Part shown: piece by piece, positions 9,037 to 17,695 of the stretch
Numbering within the stretch: position 1 is the first letter of the stretch
Layout of the letters: each line of letters begins with the position of its first letter
Source: a virus
Strand: one strand, 5' to 3'
Length of the DNA: 64,000 bases
Virus record (IMG/VR): IMGVR_UViG_3300044508_000033
The notes under the pieces: generated by a model
What the model was told of the DNA's origin: nothing
What the model saw: only the letters and a program-made list of their open reading frames with translations
Databases searched by the model: none
Program-made: the position numbers and the translations under genes

Positions 9037-9837
9037 ATGTCGAATCAACCTCTCAGCGCACACCCGATTCCAGCAATTCGTGCTGCGCACGGCCTGGGTT
9101 CGAACTCGAAGATCGTCAAGGCGGCAACGAGTGGTGACTTCTTGCTCGTTGCGCCGCCATCGGCGGATCCCAACGGCATCGTCTCGCGTCTGACGCTACC
9201 GGCGTCGGTTCGTCTTCTGACGGACCCCGGCGAAGGCGGCCTCGCGGCGGGCGCTGTCCAGCTCATCTACAAGGCCGAAGGCGGTCGCGAGGCTCTACTG
9301 CAACAGAACTCCGGCGGTGAGCTTCAAGGCGACGTGTTCAGGCTCGACGGGAGTCTGATCTTGAAGACGACGGATCTCGGCATCTTCCTGCGCGTCAGCG
9401 CCGCTGCAACCGTGGATGCGATCTGCGACAGCGTCGACCTCCGTGGCGCTGACCGCATCGCGGCCGACATCACGGCAATCTTCCCGAACAAGCAGACGGT
9501 CGTGGCGAACACCGAAGAAGGTCAGGTTCTCGTCGGCACCGCGCTAGAGGGTGTCGAAGACGTGATCGGCGCACTGTTCAACTTCGACGGGAACGCGCAC
9601 GTCGTTCGTGTTTTCGTTTCGGATGGAACCAACGAGTTCGAGCTGCCGTCTCTGACCGTCCCCGCGGGCGAGACGTCGAGTCTTAACATCTCGACGCTCA
9701 CGCTGCCGGAGGGTTGGTCCCTCAAGGCATGCCTTGATGTGGGGGACGCTGTCCCGACCCTTGCGCCGCGCTTGCAGTTCGGTATGCAGTACACCAACGC
9801 GGCCCCCGTGCGCACCAACCAGGGCGGCGCGTACTGA
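9037..9837 (+). CDS. Paralog family B, copy 2
   Basis: Same termini and motifs as 8155..8946. Confidence 0.8.
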   Translation: MSNQPLSAHPIPAIRAAHGLGSNSKIVKAATSGDFLLVAPPSADPNGIVSRLTLPASVRLLTDPGEGGLAAGAVQLIYKAEGGREALLQQNSGGELQGDVFRLDGSLILKTTDLGIFLRVSAAATVDAICDSVDLRGADRIAADITAIFPNKQTVVANTEEGQVLVGTALEGVEDVIGALFNFDGNAHVVRVFVSDGTNEFELPSLTVPAGETSSLNISTLTLPEGWSLKACLDVGDAVPTLAPRLQFGMQYTNAAPVRTNQGGAY

Positions 9838-9876
9838 CGCACCGTAGCGGCTGATTCTCGGTCGCGCTGCTCGACG

Positions 9877-9917
9877 AAGCGCCGCTGCGAGGATACTTGC
9901 AGCGGCGCTTTTCTTTT
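9877..9917 (+). terminator. Intrinsic terminator
   Basis: aagcgccgctgcga / ttgcagcggcgctt stem followed by ttctttt. Confidence 0.75.
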
Positions 9918-9966
9918 GTGATAGTTCGTTCATCCGTCCGCCAGACACGGACAGAAAAGGGACACG

Positions 9967-10329
9967 ATGCAACAGCCTGTCGTAACGCAAATCCTCGGCT
10001 GCGTGGCTGCGCCCGGCGCAGACGTCCAAGGCTCTCCAGCCGAAAACAACACGCGCTGGATTGCGGACATCTCGCTCCGTGTTGGACAAGAGGTTGATCT
10101 GACCTTGCTCACGTTCCGCGGGCGCAAACCGCTCACGCCCGACCTCGTCTCCGCGGCGCTCCTGCCGCTCAACGAAGATTTCTGGTCCGCACGCCCGGTG
10201 TTCGACATGAGCCAACCGGGACGTGTCCGCATCCTCTGCAAGGGCACGCCTGTCGCGCCGGATGTCGTATCCGACGTCGTCGCGAGCTTCCGCCTCTCGG
10301 TCGACTGCATCCACTCCGCGACGAGGTGA
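9967..10329 (+). CDS. Small beta-rich protein ending IHSATR
   Basis: AAAGGGA RBS; alternating hydrophobic strands. Confidence 0.7.
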   Translation: MQQPVVTQILGCVAAPGADVQGSPAENNTRWIADISLRVGQEVDLTLLTFRGRKPLTPDLVSAALLPLNEDFWSARPVFDMSQPGRVRILCKGTPVAPDVVSDVVASFRLSVDCIHSATR

Positions 10330-10333
10330 GACA

Positions 10334-10429
10334 GTGCTCTTCACGACGTACGAGGTGTTCGTGATCGCGAGCATCTCTTTCATCGCGGGCGTGGTGTTGC
10401 GTCACATCGTCGAGTCGTGGGGTAACTGA
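10334..10429 (+). CDS. Small membrane peptide
   Basis: GAGGTG RBS, GTG start, one TM segment, stop overlaps next ATG. Confidence 0.5.
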   Translation: MLFTTYEVFVIASISFIAGVVLRHIVESWGN

Positions 10430-11088
10430 TGTCGCCGCCTCTCAATGCCGTCTTCCTCGGAATCGACCCGGCCAAGCACACCTCCGGCGCGGTGTTGCTC
10501 GAGCCCGTCTACGGCGAGAAGAGCAAGCTCCTCGAAGGCTACGCAGCCGCCGAGTTCGGGAAGGTCGTCTCACAGGACGAGCGTGAGAGGTTCATCGAGT
10601 CGCTCATCGACACCGCGCTCGAGAGCGACCTGACTCCGATACTCATCGCAGAGGAGTGGGATCCGCCGCGCGACCGGCGCATCCGCACCGCGCAGGGGTG
10701 GGCCTACGTCCGGGACCAGAAGTGGACCTACGAGACGATCCTCGGCATCGGCGAAGGTTGGGGTAAGTGGACGGCCGCCATCGAGCACGGCAACGCCATC
10801 CTGGCCGACGAGAAGCTGCCGCCCCTGCCCATCCTGCGGGTGCTCCCGAACGTGTGGCGTGACGCCCTCTTCGGAGCGCGCAGAGCCCGCCACACCGACG
10901 AGCTGAAGGCGGCGGCCGAGCGCTACTACGAGATGGTCTTCGGGTACGCGGCTTCAAGCGACATCGCGGAGGGCGGCTGCATCGCCCTGTACGGCACGAC
11001 AGCGCCCGAGGCTGCCGTAGCCGATGCGGTTTGGCAGAAGGCCAAGCAGGAGCTGCGAGCGCGCCGCAAACGCGTGGGCAAGCGGTGA
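10429..11088 (+). CDS. RuvC-like Holliday junction resolvase (RNase H fold)
   Basis: FLGIDP..HTSG, LIAEE, PNVWR, SDIAEGGCIA acidic pattern. Confidence 0.7.
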   Translation: MSPPLNAVFLGIDPAKHTSGAVLLEPVYGEKSKLLEGYAAAEFGKVVSQDERERFIESLIDTALESDLTPILIAEEWDPPRDRRIRTAQGWAYVRDQKWTYETILGIGEGWGKWTAAIEHGNAILADEKLPPLPILRVLPNVWRDALFGARRARHTDELKAAAERYYEMVFGYAASSDIAEGGCIALYGTTAPEAAVADAVWQKAKQELRARRKRVGKR

Positions 11089-11228
11089 GCATCCGGCAGG
11101 CCGTCGAGGTGCTCGGCTTCGCTTTGTGGATCTTCGGTGGCCTGCTTGTTCTGCATGTAGTTGCGTTCGGGGTCATCCCCGCGATGTGGGATTCCTGGCG
11201 ACAAAAAAGAAGGCCGCCCGGAGAGTGA
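11085..11228 (+). CDS. Small membrane protein
   Basis: GTGA overlap; hydrophobic core with basic tail. Confidence 0.5.
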   Translation: MSIRQAVEVLGFALWIFGGLLVLHVVAFGVIPAMWDSWRQKRRPPGE

Positions 11229-11240
11229 CACGGGCGGCCT
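11203..11240 (-). terminator. Intrinsic terminator for the gene at 11268..12119
   Basis: aggccgcccg / cgggcggcct 10-bp stem; A-run on + reads as a U-tract on -. Confidence 0.7.
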
Positions 11241-11267
11241 CGGTGTCGGTTGCAGCCGACGTCGGGA

Positions 11268-12119
11268 TCAGTGGCGGAAGAAGCTGCCGAAGGCGGCCAC
11301 GCCGCACGCCAAGGTGTTCGCATCGAAGCCGACCTGGATCAAGTTGTCGGAGCTGCTCGGGGCGCGCAGCGGGATGCCGTCGAAGACCTTCGAGAGGAGG
11401 AGCGGGTGCAAGGCGTCCTGGTACGCCGGGAGGGGGAGCTTGACGCCGCCCGGCAACTTCAAGAACGCGACAACGCCCGCGCCGTACGCGCCCGTGATGC
11501 CGAGGATGTTGGCGTTCAGGTTCAGCTCGTCGAGATAGTCGGCCGAGAGCATGTGCGCAGTCGCGTAGGTCGGGTTTCCGGGCGGAGGGTTGACCGGCGA
11601 GTTGACGACGGCGGGTGCTGCGTTGAAAGGGGCGACGAGCGTGTTGCTCGGCTGAAGAGGGCGAAACGGAAGCGGCGGGTGCATCTCGCCCGCCAGCTCG
11701 AAGTAGCCGAACACGAAGCAGCTACGGCTGTTCGCCGCCGTATTCGCCGGGTTCGCGTTCTCGAGCACGAGCTTCTGCTGACCGCGGACGAGATACTGAT
11801 CGAGGATCTTGAGCGGAGCCGCAGGTTCGCCGTTGAGCAAAACGGCGTTTGCCTGCGCAATGAAGGTCTCTTCATACGTCTGGTTGACGATAGCCGAGGC
11901 GCCACCCTGCGTCTGGACGCTCGCCAAGAGCACAGGGTATTGACCGGCGGCGGGCGCAGGGTCGAGCACGGTCGACCACGGCCACGCATACAGCGTCACC
12001 GCGTACACCTGCGACGGGTCGAGCGTCGCGAGGTCGAGGATCGTCATCGGCGAACCGAGGGGGATTTCGTTGCCGAGCGCGCTTTGCGGGATGCCATTGC
12101 CGAAGAGGGGTCGTCGCAT
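11268..12119 (-). CDS. Tandem beta-sandwich putative virion protein
   Basis: GGAGA RBS; two similar halves ending FVFGYF and AAFGSF. Confidence 0.75.
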   Translation of the reverse strand: MRRPLFGNGIPQSALGNEIPLGSPMTILDLATLDPSQVYAVTLYAWPWSTVLDPAPAAGQYPVLLASVQTQGGASAIVNQTYEETFIAQANAVLLNGEPAAPLKILDQYLVRGQQKLVLENANPANTAANSRSCFVFGYFELAGEMHPPLPFRPLQPSNTLVAPFNAAPAVVNSPVNPPPGNPTYATAHMLSADYLDELNLNANILGITGAYGAGVVAFLKLPGGVKLPLPAYQDALHPLLLSKVFDGIPLRAPSSSDNLIQVGFDANTLACGVAAFGSFFRH

Positions 12120-12232
12120 GTTCTTCTCCAGGGGCCGCGCCTGGCAGCCTTCAAAAAACCGAGGCTTGCGGGTATGCTACCCCTTGACGCCTCGGCCTAT
12201 ACTGTACATCCCCGCCGAGGGAGGAGTCCACC

Positions 12233-12778
12233 GTGACGCTCGAAATCCGAAGCAAGCCCTCCCTCGAAAGCGGCCTGGGTGTGCCTCTGCCGTTGCTCCT
12301 CGTCGCGGGGGCTGCCGTGACGGGGGCAACGCTTCAGGCTTGGATCAACAACGGGTGGTCGACCGCGGAGTACAACGCGATCGTCAAGACGATCGATGCG
12401 AGCCTCCACAACTGGGATGCGGCGGGTTGGACGAACGACTGCTGGAAGAAGAACCCGGTCAAGCGCGCACAGTGGCTCGCGCTCTGGAAGGTGTTCTCCG
12501 ATCACTACAAGCAGTACGGACAGCAGAGCGTCTACCTCGCGGACGCCGCAGAAAACCCCATCCGCAACTACGTTTTGCCGCAGATGATCGAGTGGAGCAC
12601 GTGGCTCAAGAAGACGTGCAACGTGGACACTGGCGGACTGCCGGAGGCCGAAGAGCCAAAGAAGCCGTTCGACTTCGAGAACGCGCTCAAGTGGGGCGCC
12701 ATCGGCATCGGCGCGATCGTCGCTCTTCAGCTCGTCGCAAGTGTTCGATCGGCGCTTCCGCCGCGCGATTACTACTGA
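12233..12778 (+). CDS. Protein with hydrophobic segments at both ends
   Basis: GGAGGAG RBS; ESGLG before the first TM segment; C-terminal TM segment. Confidence 0.75.
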   Translation: MTLEIRSKPSLESGLGVPLPLLLVAGAAVTGATLQAWINNGWSTAEYNAIVKTIDASLHNWDAAGWTNDCWKKNPVKRAQWLALWKVFSDHYKQYGQQSVYLADAAENPIRNYVLPQMIEWSTWLKKTCNVDTGGLPEAEEPKKPFDFENALKWGAIGIGAIVALQLVASVRSALPPRDYY

Positions 12779-12805
12779 GCGCTCGGCGCTCAAAAAGAGG
12801 TTTCA

Positions 12806-13198
12806 GTGAAGGACGGGACACCTGCCTGGAGCGTCGTTGTTGTGGCTGTGCGAGACCCACGTCTCGTGCTCGCGTTGAGTCGGGGTTTCTCCCCTCGCGA
12901 TCCGGCGTTGCCGGGGGGCGACTCCGAACCTGAAGACCTGACCCCTGCGGACACCGCGAAGCGCGAGCTGTTCGAGGAGACGGGAGTGACTGCTCTCGAG
13001 CTTGAGAGCTTCGGCCACTGGGTCGGAGAGCGCGGGCAGCCCGTCTACGGTTTCTTCGTGTCGAAGTGGCGCGGCTCGCGTCTGCGTTCGTCTGGCGAAG
13101 GGAAGGCGTTTTGGGCTTCGCCCGAGAGTCTTCTGCTCAAGTCCGCGTACTACCGCGTCGAGGCGAAACACATCTTCGAGAGGCTTGGGATCCTGTGA
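12806..13198 (+). CDS. NUDIX hydrolase
   Basis: Nudix box LPGGDSEPEDLTPADTAKRELFEETG. Confidence 0.9.
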   Translation: MKDGTPAWSVVVVAVRDPRLVLALSRGFSPRDPALPGGDSEPEDLTPADTAKRELFEETGVTALELESFGHWVGERGQPVYGFFVSKWRGSRLRSSGEGKAFWASPESLLLKSAYYRVEAKHIFERLGIL

Positions 13199-13602
13199 GC
13201 GAGCAAACCAAAGGTCGCGTCGACAAGAACATCGCCTTCGCGCACATGTTGCGTAGCGAGTCGTCGTTCTACATCCACATCAACCCGAGTAAGCCGGGTG
13301 TGGTGCTCCCGGATCACCTACCGAAGGACAAGACCGTTGCGCTTCAGCTCGGAAACGGTCTGCCGGTTCCGATGCGAGACCTCCACATCGACGGCTCCGG
13401 CGTCAGCGTGACGTTGTCCTTCAACCGCACCCCGTTCCGCGTCTTCGCGCCGTGGGCTTCCGTGTGCGTCGTCGTCAACGAGAAGGGTCTCGGCTTTCAG
13501 TGGCCGGACGACATGCTTCCTGCGCTCGCAGACGCCGTGAAGGACGAGAAGCGCAAGACGCTGCCGAAGGGGTGGAAGGTGATCGACGGCGGGAAGAGCT
13601 AA
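13195..13602 (+). CDS. sspB: ClpXP adaptor SspB-like protein (myxobacterial type)
   Basis: IHINPSKPGVVLP...DLHIDGSGVSVTLSFNRTPF...PW...WPDD and a KVIDGG tail; GTG at 13195 overlaps the NUDIX stop. Confidence 0.8.
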   Translation: MSEQTKGRVDKNIAFAHMLRSESSFYIHINPSKPGVVLPDHLPKDKTVALQLGNGLPVPMRDLHIDGSGVSVTLSFNRTPFRVFAPWASVCVVVNEKGLGFQWPDDMLPALADAVKDEKRKTLPKGWKVIDGGKS

Positions 13603-13853
13603 CCTCTCTTCGGCCACAGATCCTTGCACGCCCAGTAACGCGCCGTGAGCTTGCTGCTGCGCTCGGCTACGTCGCAACGGTGCCGCGCTCTGAAGCTCTT
13701 CTTGGCGCCTGCGCTGTAGTTGTGCTTGTAGCCGACCGCTCCGTAGTGGATGAGCTTCTGCTTTCCTCCCTCGCACGCGAGGACGACTTTCTTCTTGCCG
13801 GGGCGCCAAGACTTCTGCGGTTTGTTGCAGCGGAGGTTTTTCTTCGACGCCAT
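13599..13853 (-). CDS. Small basic viral protein (FRARHxC...ARYW.C family)
   Basis: Motif recurrent in phage hypothetical proteins; AGGAG RBS. Confidence 0.75.
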   Translation of the reverse strand: MASKKNLRCNKPQKSWRPGKKKVVLACEGGKQKLIHYGAVGYKHNYSAGAKKSFRARHRCDVAERSSKLTARYWACKDLWPKRG

Positions 13854-13856
13854 CGC

Positions 13857-14765
13857 CTATCTCCTGCGCGCCTTCGCGAACAGCTCGGATCCGTCGAGGT
13901 GGATCTGCGCGAGCTTCTTGTAGTAGTGCGGGTCTTCTACGAGATGGTCCATCGCAATCTCGCGAGCGACGTTTGGGTCGCTCGTGTGCTCCATCTCGAC
14001 GCGGATTCCGCGATGCAGCTCCTTCTGATTGAAGGCAGAGGGATCGAGCCCGTGCGCCTTGCCACCAACGAGACCGAGACCTGCGAGGTCTTCGATGCCG
14101 ATCACGGAGATCGCAGCCGGGTTCCAAACAACCATCTGTGCGATCGTTCCCATCGAGTTCCGAACGAAAGCGCCAACCGCAACGCGGTGTAGTGCATCGA
14201 GTTCTTCTTCGATGGGATGCCTGTTCAGCTCGGCGATCGGGCCGCGGATCGCGACCTTGATCATCGCAGGGGGTGGCTCCGGTTCTATGCCAAGACCACG
14301 CAGGGCGTCTTCTTTCCAAAACGCGATGTTGAAAGGCTGTCCGCCAAGCTCGACGAGGTTCAGCATGTCGCCGTGCGCAGCCTGCTGAATGAGACGCGCC
14401 CCATAGCCGAACTCTGTCTGCGAGATGTAGCGGCGCTCTCGCTGCCGAGTCACCTCCGCGAGCAAGAACGACAGAAGTCGATACCGCTCATTTTCGGTGA
14501 GCCGCGCGAGAAAGCGCCACTTCTTCCGAGAGCGCCCGGCCCACACATCTGGGATCCCGCTGACGTAGAAGCCTGGCCCAAGCTCTTGCCGGACGTAGCT
14601 GCCCTCGACGAGAGACCGACCTGATCGAAGTAGCTGCAAAGCCGACTCAGGGTCGTCGGTCACGTGCCACGCAACCGCGACGCCGTCTTCGTGGTAGGCG
14701 GCGCGGCCGAAGTCGATCTCTCCGGCAACGCGCGTATCGACGATGCGCCTAACGAGATGTTCCAT
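13857..14765 (-). CDS. ADP-ribosyltransferase-like domain fused to a DUF5661-like domain
   Basis: WHVT...LGPGFYVS...QMVVWNP (ART pattern); C-terminal GIRVEMEHT...IAMDHL.EDPHYY.KL. Confidence 0.65.
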   Translation of the reverse strand: MEHLVRRIVDTRVAGEIDFGRAAYHEDGVAVAWHVTDDPESALQLLRSGRSLVEGSYVRQELGPGFYVSGIPDVWAGRSRKKWRFLARLTENERYRLLSFLLAEVTRQRERRYISQTEFGYGARLIQQAAHGDMLNLVELGGQPFNIAFWKEDALRGLGIEPEPPPAMIKVAIRGPIAELNRHPIEEELDALHRVAVGAFVRNSMGTIAQMVVWNPAAISVIGIEDLAGLGLVGGKAHGLDPSAFNQKELHRGIRVEMEHTSDPNVAREIAMDHLVEDPHYYKKLAQIHLDGSELFAKARRR

Positions 14766-14940
14766 GCAGCTTTTCCTCTTCGATGTAGTTCATCCCGTTG
14801 TAGACGATCGTTGCCACACCGAAGAAGATCAAAGCGCTACCGAGATTGCTCGGAGCATCCTTCTGAAGCCTGCGACCGGCAGCAACCATCACAGGCCCGA
14901 TGACAAACACATCGAGCAAGCGGATCGTCTGCGTCTTCAT
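14749..14940 (-). CDS. Small two-TM membrane protein
   Basis: MKTQTIRLLDVFVIGPVMVAAG...; true start at the 3' end of the track ORF 14749..15378. Confidence 0.7.
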   Translation of the reverse strand: MKTQTIRLLDVFVIGPVMVAAGRRLQKDAPSNLGSALIFFGVATIVYNGMNYIEEEKLHGTSR

Positions 14941-15977
14941 CTCGGCATAACCCCGTTGTCCAAGAAACTGAAATAGACCGATGGGTCGTCCGTCAAGACG
15001 AGGTGGTCGAGGATCGTGAGGCCGCACAGCTTCGCGCCTGCTACGAGCTTCTTCGTCAACTCGAAGTCCTCTTCGCTCGGTTGCTTGCTGTTGCTCGGGT
15101 GGTTGTGCGCGACGATGAAGGCGACGGCGCCGCTGAGAAGCGCGGCCTGAAACACCACAGTCGGATCGACGTACGCGTTTGCGCGACCTCCGATACCGAG
15201 AAGCGCCACACCGATCGGCGCGTTCTTCACGTCCATGCACACGACCATGAAGCTCTCGCGCCCGCGCCCGGCGAACGGGATTGCTCCGTGCAGAAAGCGC
15301 GCGATGTCTCTCGAGCTTGCAATGCTCGGGGCGTTGACACCATCGACGACTTCCACGCAGGTGTCGAAGCGCATCCACGCGAAGTCTTGCTTGCTCGACG
15401 CGCAGAACTTCTTGCGAGCAATGCGCCTGCGCTTGTCGACCTCACCGAGCCCGGACAAACCCGAGAAGATTCTCTCCTGCGTCTTCGGATACGGCACAAC
15501 ACCGTTGAGGTCGAATAGGTTCACCTCCCTCTCTTCTTCCTCCTCTGGGCACTGCTCGAAGACGTCGTCGTGCATGATGCTGACGAGATCGTAGTGTGCG
15601 CGCCTGAGACCCTCCAACCAGTGCGTGAACTCGTTCAGGCCCGCAGGTTTTCCTGCCGCTTTACGGCTCACGAAGATGTGGTCCCAGTCTCCGTCCCAAA
15701 CGCCGACACCTGCGCCTGCGAGGGTCTGGTAGATGTCGTAGCCGACGAAGCCTTTCGGGAACTTACGATCCGACAGCGCGTCCTCGAGAGACATCGTCAC
15801 GAGGTCGGGGTGCTTCGCCCAAAACTGTTTCATCGCATCGACGCAGCGGAAGTTCCAATCCTTCCACGCCTTCTTGAGACGGGCGGATGGGGTGAGATTC
15901 GTGCAACGCTCTTCGGTGAGGCTCTCGGCTTCGCCGTCGAGAAGGAACTCGAGCGGATCGTCGTAGTGTCGGCCCAT
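14937..15977 (-). CDS. Unknown N-terminal domain plus RadC-like JAB domain
   Basis: RESF...AHNHPS....PSEED...LDHLVL; ATG at 15977 with GAGG RBS. Confidence 0.85.
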   Translation of the reverse strand: MGRHYDDPLEFLLDGEAESLTEERCTNLTPSARLKKAWKDWNFRCVDAMKQFWAKHPDLVTMSLEDALSDRKFPKGFVGYDIYQTLAGAGVGVWDGDWDHIFVSRKAAGKPAGLNEFTHWLEGLRRAHYDLVSIMHDDVFEQCPEEEEEREVNLFDLNGVVPYPKTQERIFSGLSGLGEVDKRRRIARKKFCASSKQDFAWMRFDTCVEVVDGVNAPSIASSRDIARFLHGAIPFAGRGRESFMVVCMDVKNAPIGVALLGIGGRANAYVDPTVVFQAALLSGAVAFIVAHNHPSNSKQPSEEDFELTKKLVAGAKLCGLTILDHLVLTDDPSVYFSFLDNGVMPR

Positions 15978-15979
15978 GT

Positions 15980-16201
15980 CTAACCTCTGAAGCCTGATTT
16001 TCTCAGGAGCGAGATGTGATTCTTGAGCGCTCGAACATCGCTCGGAGAGCCCGAGGAGAGGACGAGTGGTTTGGTCTTGTCCGGCGGGATCCACATGATG
16101 TGGTGGCCAGTCTTCTCGATTCGCCATCCTTGGCGGATCGCTTCCTTCGCGAGGTCTTTGAACACGCGAAGACCTCGGTCTCGCGGTGCTCCGCCAAACA
16201 T
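15980..16201 (-). CDS. HicA-like mRNA interferase
   Basis: QGWRIEKTGHHIMWIPPD...SPSD.RALKN....LRKSG; ATG at 16201. Confidence 0.65.
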   Translation of the reverse strand: MFGGAPRDRGLRVFKDLAKEAIRQGWRIEKTGHHIMWIPPDKTKPLVLSSGSPSDVRALKNHISLLRKSGFRG

Positions 16202-16509
16202 CAGCGTCGGCTCTGGAGCGCGAGGTAGGTCATCACACCCGCGGTCGGCATCGGCGCCATGTACCCGGCGAGCGCGCCGAGCAGCGCACCCCAAGGGCCG
16301 TGGCTTCGGTAGTAGCGCAGGCCCGCGAGCAGCGGGACCGCGTACTGCGCGCCCGCGGTAACTCGGAGATCCTCGACGGCGGGCGGGAACAGGGCGGCGA
16401 GGTCTGCGACACCGCCACCCCCGTATCGGCACCCGCAGCACGAGAGGTCCGCGAGGTTGCTTTCGGGGTTGGTGAGGTCGTAGGTGGTCGGGAGGGCTTG
16501 GAGCGTCAT
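16201..16509 (-). CDS. Membrane protein with Gly/Cys-rich N-terminal linker
   Basis: YYRSHGPWGALLGALAGY..P hydrophobic hairpin. Confidence 0.65.
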   Translation of the reverse strand: MTLQALPTTYDLTNPESNLADLSCCGCRYGGGGVADLAALFPPAVEDLRVTAGAQYAVPLLAGLRYYRSHGPWGALLGALAGYMAPMPTAGVMTYLALQSRR

Positions 16510-16552
16510 GCCTCTAGCGTAGGCCCGCCAGGGGCTTTGTCACAAGCAGAGG

Positions 16553-16780
16553 CTAGGACTCGCTCTCGAACGCCCGGACGAGGTCGAGGGGGGCCTCCGT
16601 CAGCAACCTGCGCCCGCCACCTACGAGCTGCGAGCGGGCTTTGCTCCCCCGGCGGGTGTCGCACTTGCAGGCGGCGACGCTGTCGCGCTCGGCGTAGCGG
16701 CATTCGAGTAGACCGCCGCAGTCATAACATCGATGTATTCCGTTGTGCGCGGATCTTTTCGACACGCCCACGCCTAACAA
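16553..16780 (-). CDS. Small Zn-ribbon protein (tentative)
   Basis: CYDC...CKC; start uncertain. Confidence 0.35.
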   Translation of the reverse strand: MLGVGVSKRSAHNGIHRCYDCGGLLECRYAERDSVAACKCDTRRGSKARSQLVGGGRRLLTEAPLDLVRAFESES

Positions 16781-16795
16781 AGGTGGAGGAGGCTG

Positions 16796-17224
16796 TCAAG
16801 ATTTCGGCGAGCGCGAGAGCAGGTCGATGACCGCCCCGCGGACGATCTCCTCGAGTTGCAGCACCGCCGTCTCGGCGTGAACACCGTCGACATCGACGTG
16901 TTCGAGCACCGCGGTGAGGCGCGCATAGTTCTGCGCCGCCGAGCGGATCGACGCCACCGTGCGGTCGAGCTTGACGGCCAAACCTTCTTCCGGTTCCTCC
17001 GGGGCGCCCGCACCGCCTTTCTCCAAGATACGGAGACGCTCGGTCGCACGCTCCAGGTCCGGTGAGTACGTCTGTCCGCCGCACGCCCCGCCCTGCGCGT
17101 CGAAAGCTCTTTTCGCGTCGCACCACGCCGCCTTCGCCGAGAGCAGGTCGAGACGCTCAAAGGTCTTGGTTGCGGCCTCGAAAAGACATGCGAGGTCTCC
17201 TTGCTTTTCGCGTTGCGTCGACAT
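16796..17224 (-). CDS. Helical hypothetical protein
   Basis: 142-aa ORF with helical composition. Confidence 0.6.
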   Translation of the reverse strand: MSTQREKQGDLACLFEAATKTFERLDLLSAKAAWCDAKRAFDAQGGACGGQTYSPDLERATERLRILEKGGAGAPEEPEEGLAVKLDRTVASIRSAAQNYARLTAVLEHVDVDGVHAETAVLQLEEIVRGAVIDLLSRSPKS

Positions 17225-17252
17225 GCCGGAACAATAGCAAGGTCTTCACAAG

Positions 17253-17287
17253 AAAAAACCCCTCTCGTGGTGCGAGCACGAGAGGGG
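17253..17287 (-). terminator. Intrinsic terminator
   Basis: cccctctcgtg / cacgagagggg 11-bp stem plus A6 on +. Confidence 0.7.
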
Positions 17288-17695
17288 CAACCCTGTGAGG
17301 GACCCGGACGACGAGAACGAGTTCAGCGAGCGCGTCAAGAATACTTCGCGATCTTCGGCATGTCTAGTGATTGTTCGCGTGGGGTTTTCGCCCACACACC
17401 AGAGCTTGTGTCCGTCTCCTCGAACGAGCCCAAGACAAGAACAAGAGCAAAAGCGCCGCATGCCGGTTCTTGACTAGAGGTTGGGGCGGGTGGATTGTGG
17501 TCCTCCCTGTTGAGACCCTGACCACGAGGAGCCGATGCCCCAACTACATCTTGGGCGCGCGCTGTGTGCGAAGCTGCACGCGCCCCGCTACGCCGAGCGC
17601 CAACGGCGAATCCCGCAATACTTTATTCGGTTGCGTTCTGCGGATTATTCTATTCAGCAGAGCTTGGTTGAATATTTTATTGTCGGGGTTGTACC

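Noticed and set aside
12184..12210. Sigma70 promoter TTGACG...TATACT
   Set aside because: Spacing of 8 nt is incompatible with a sigma70 promoter
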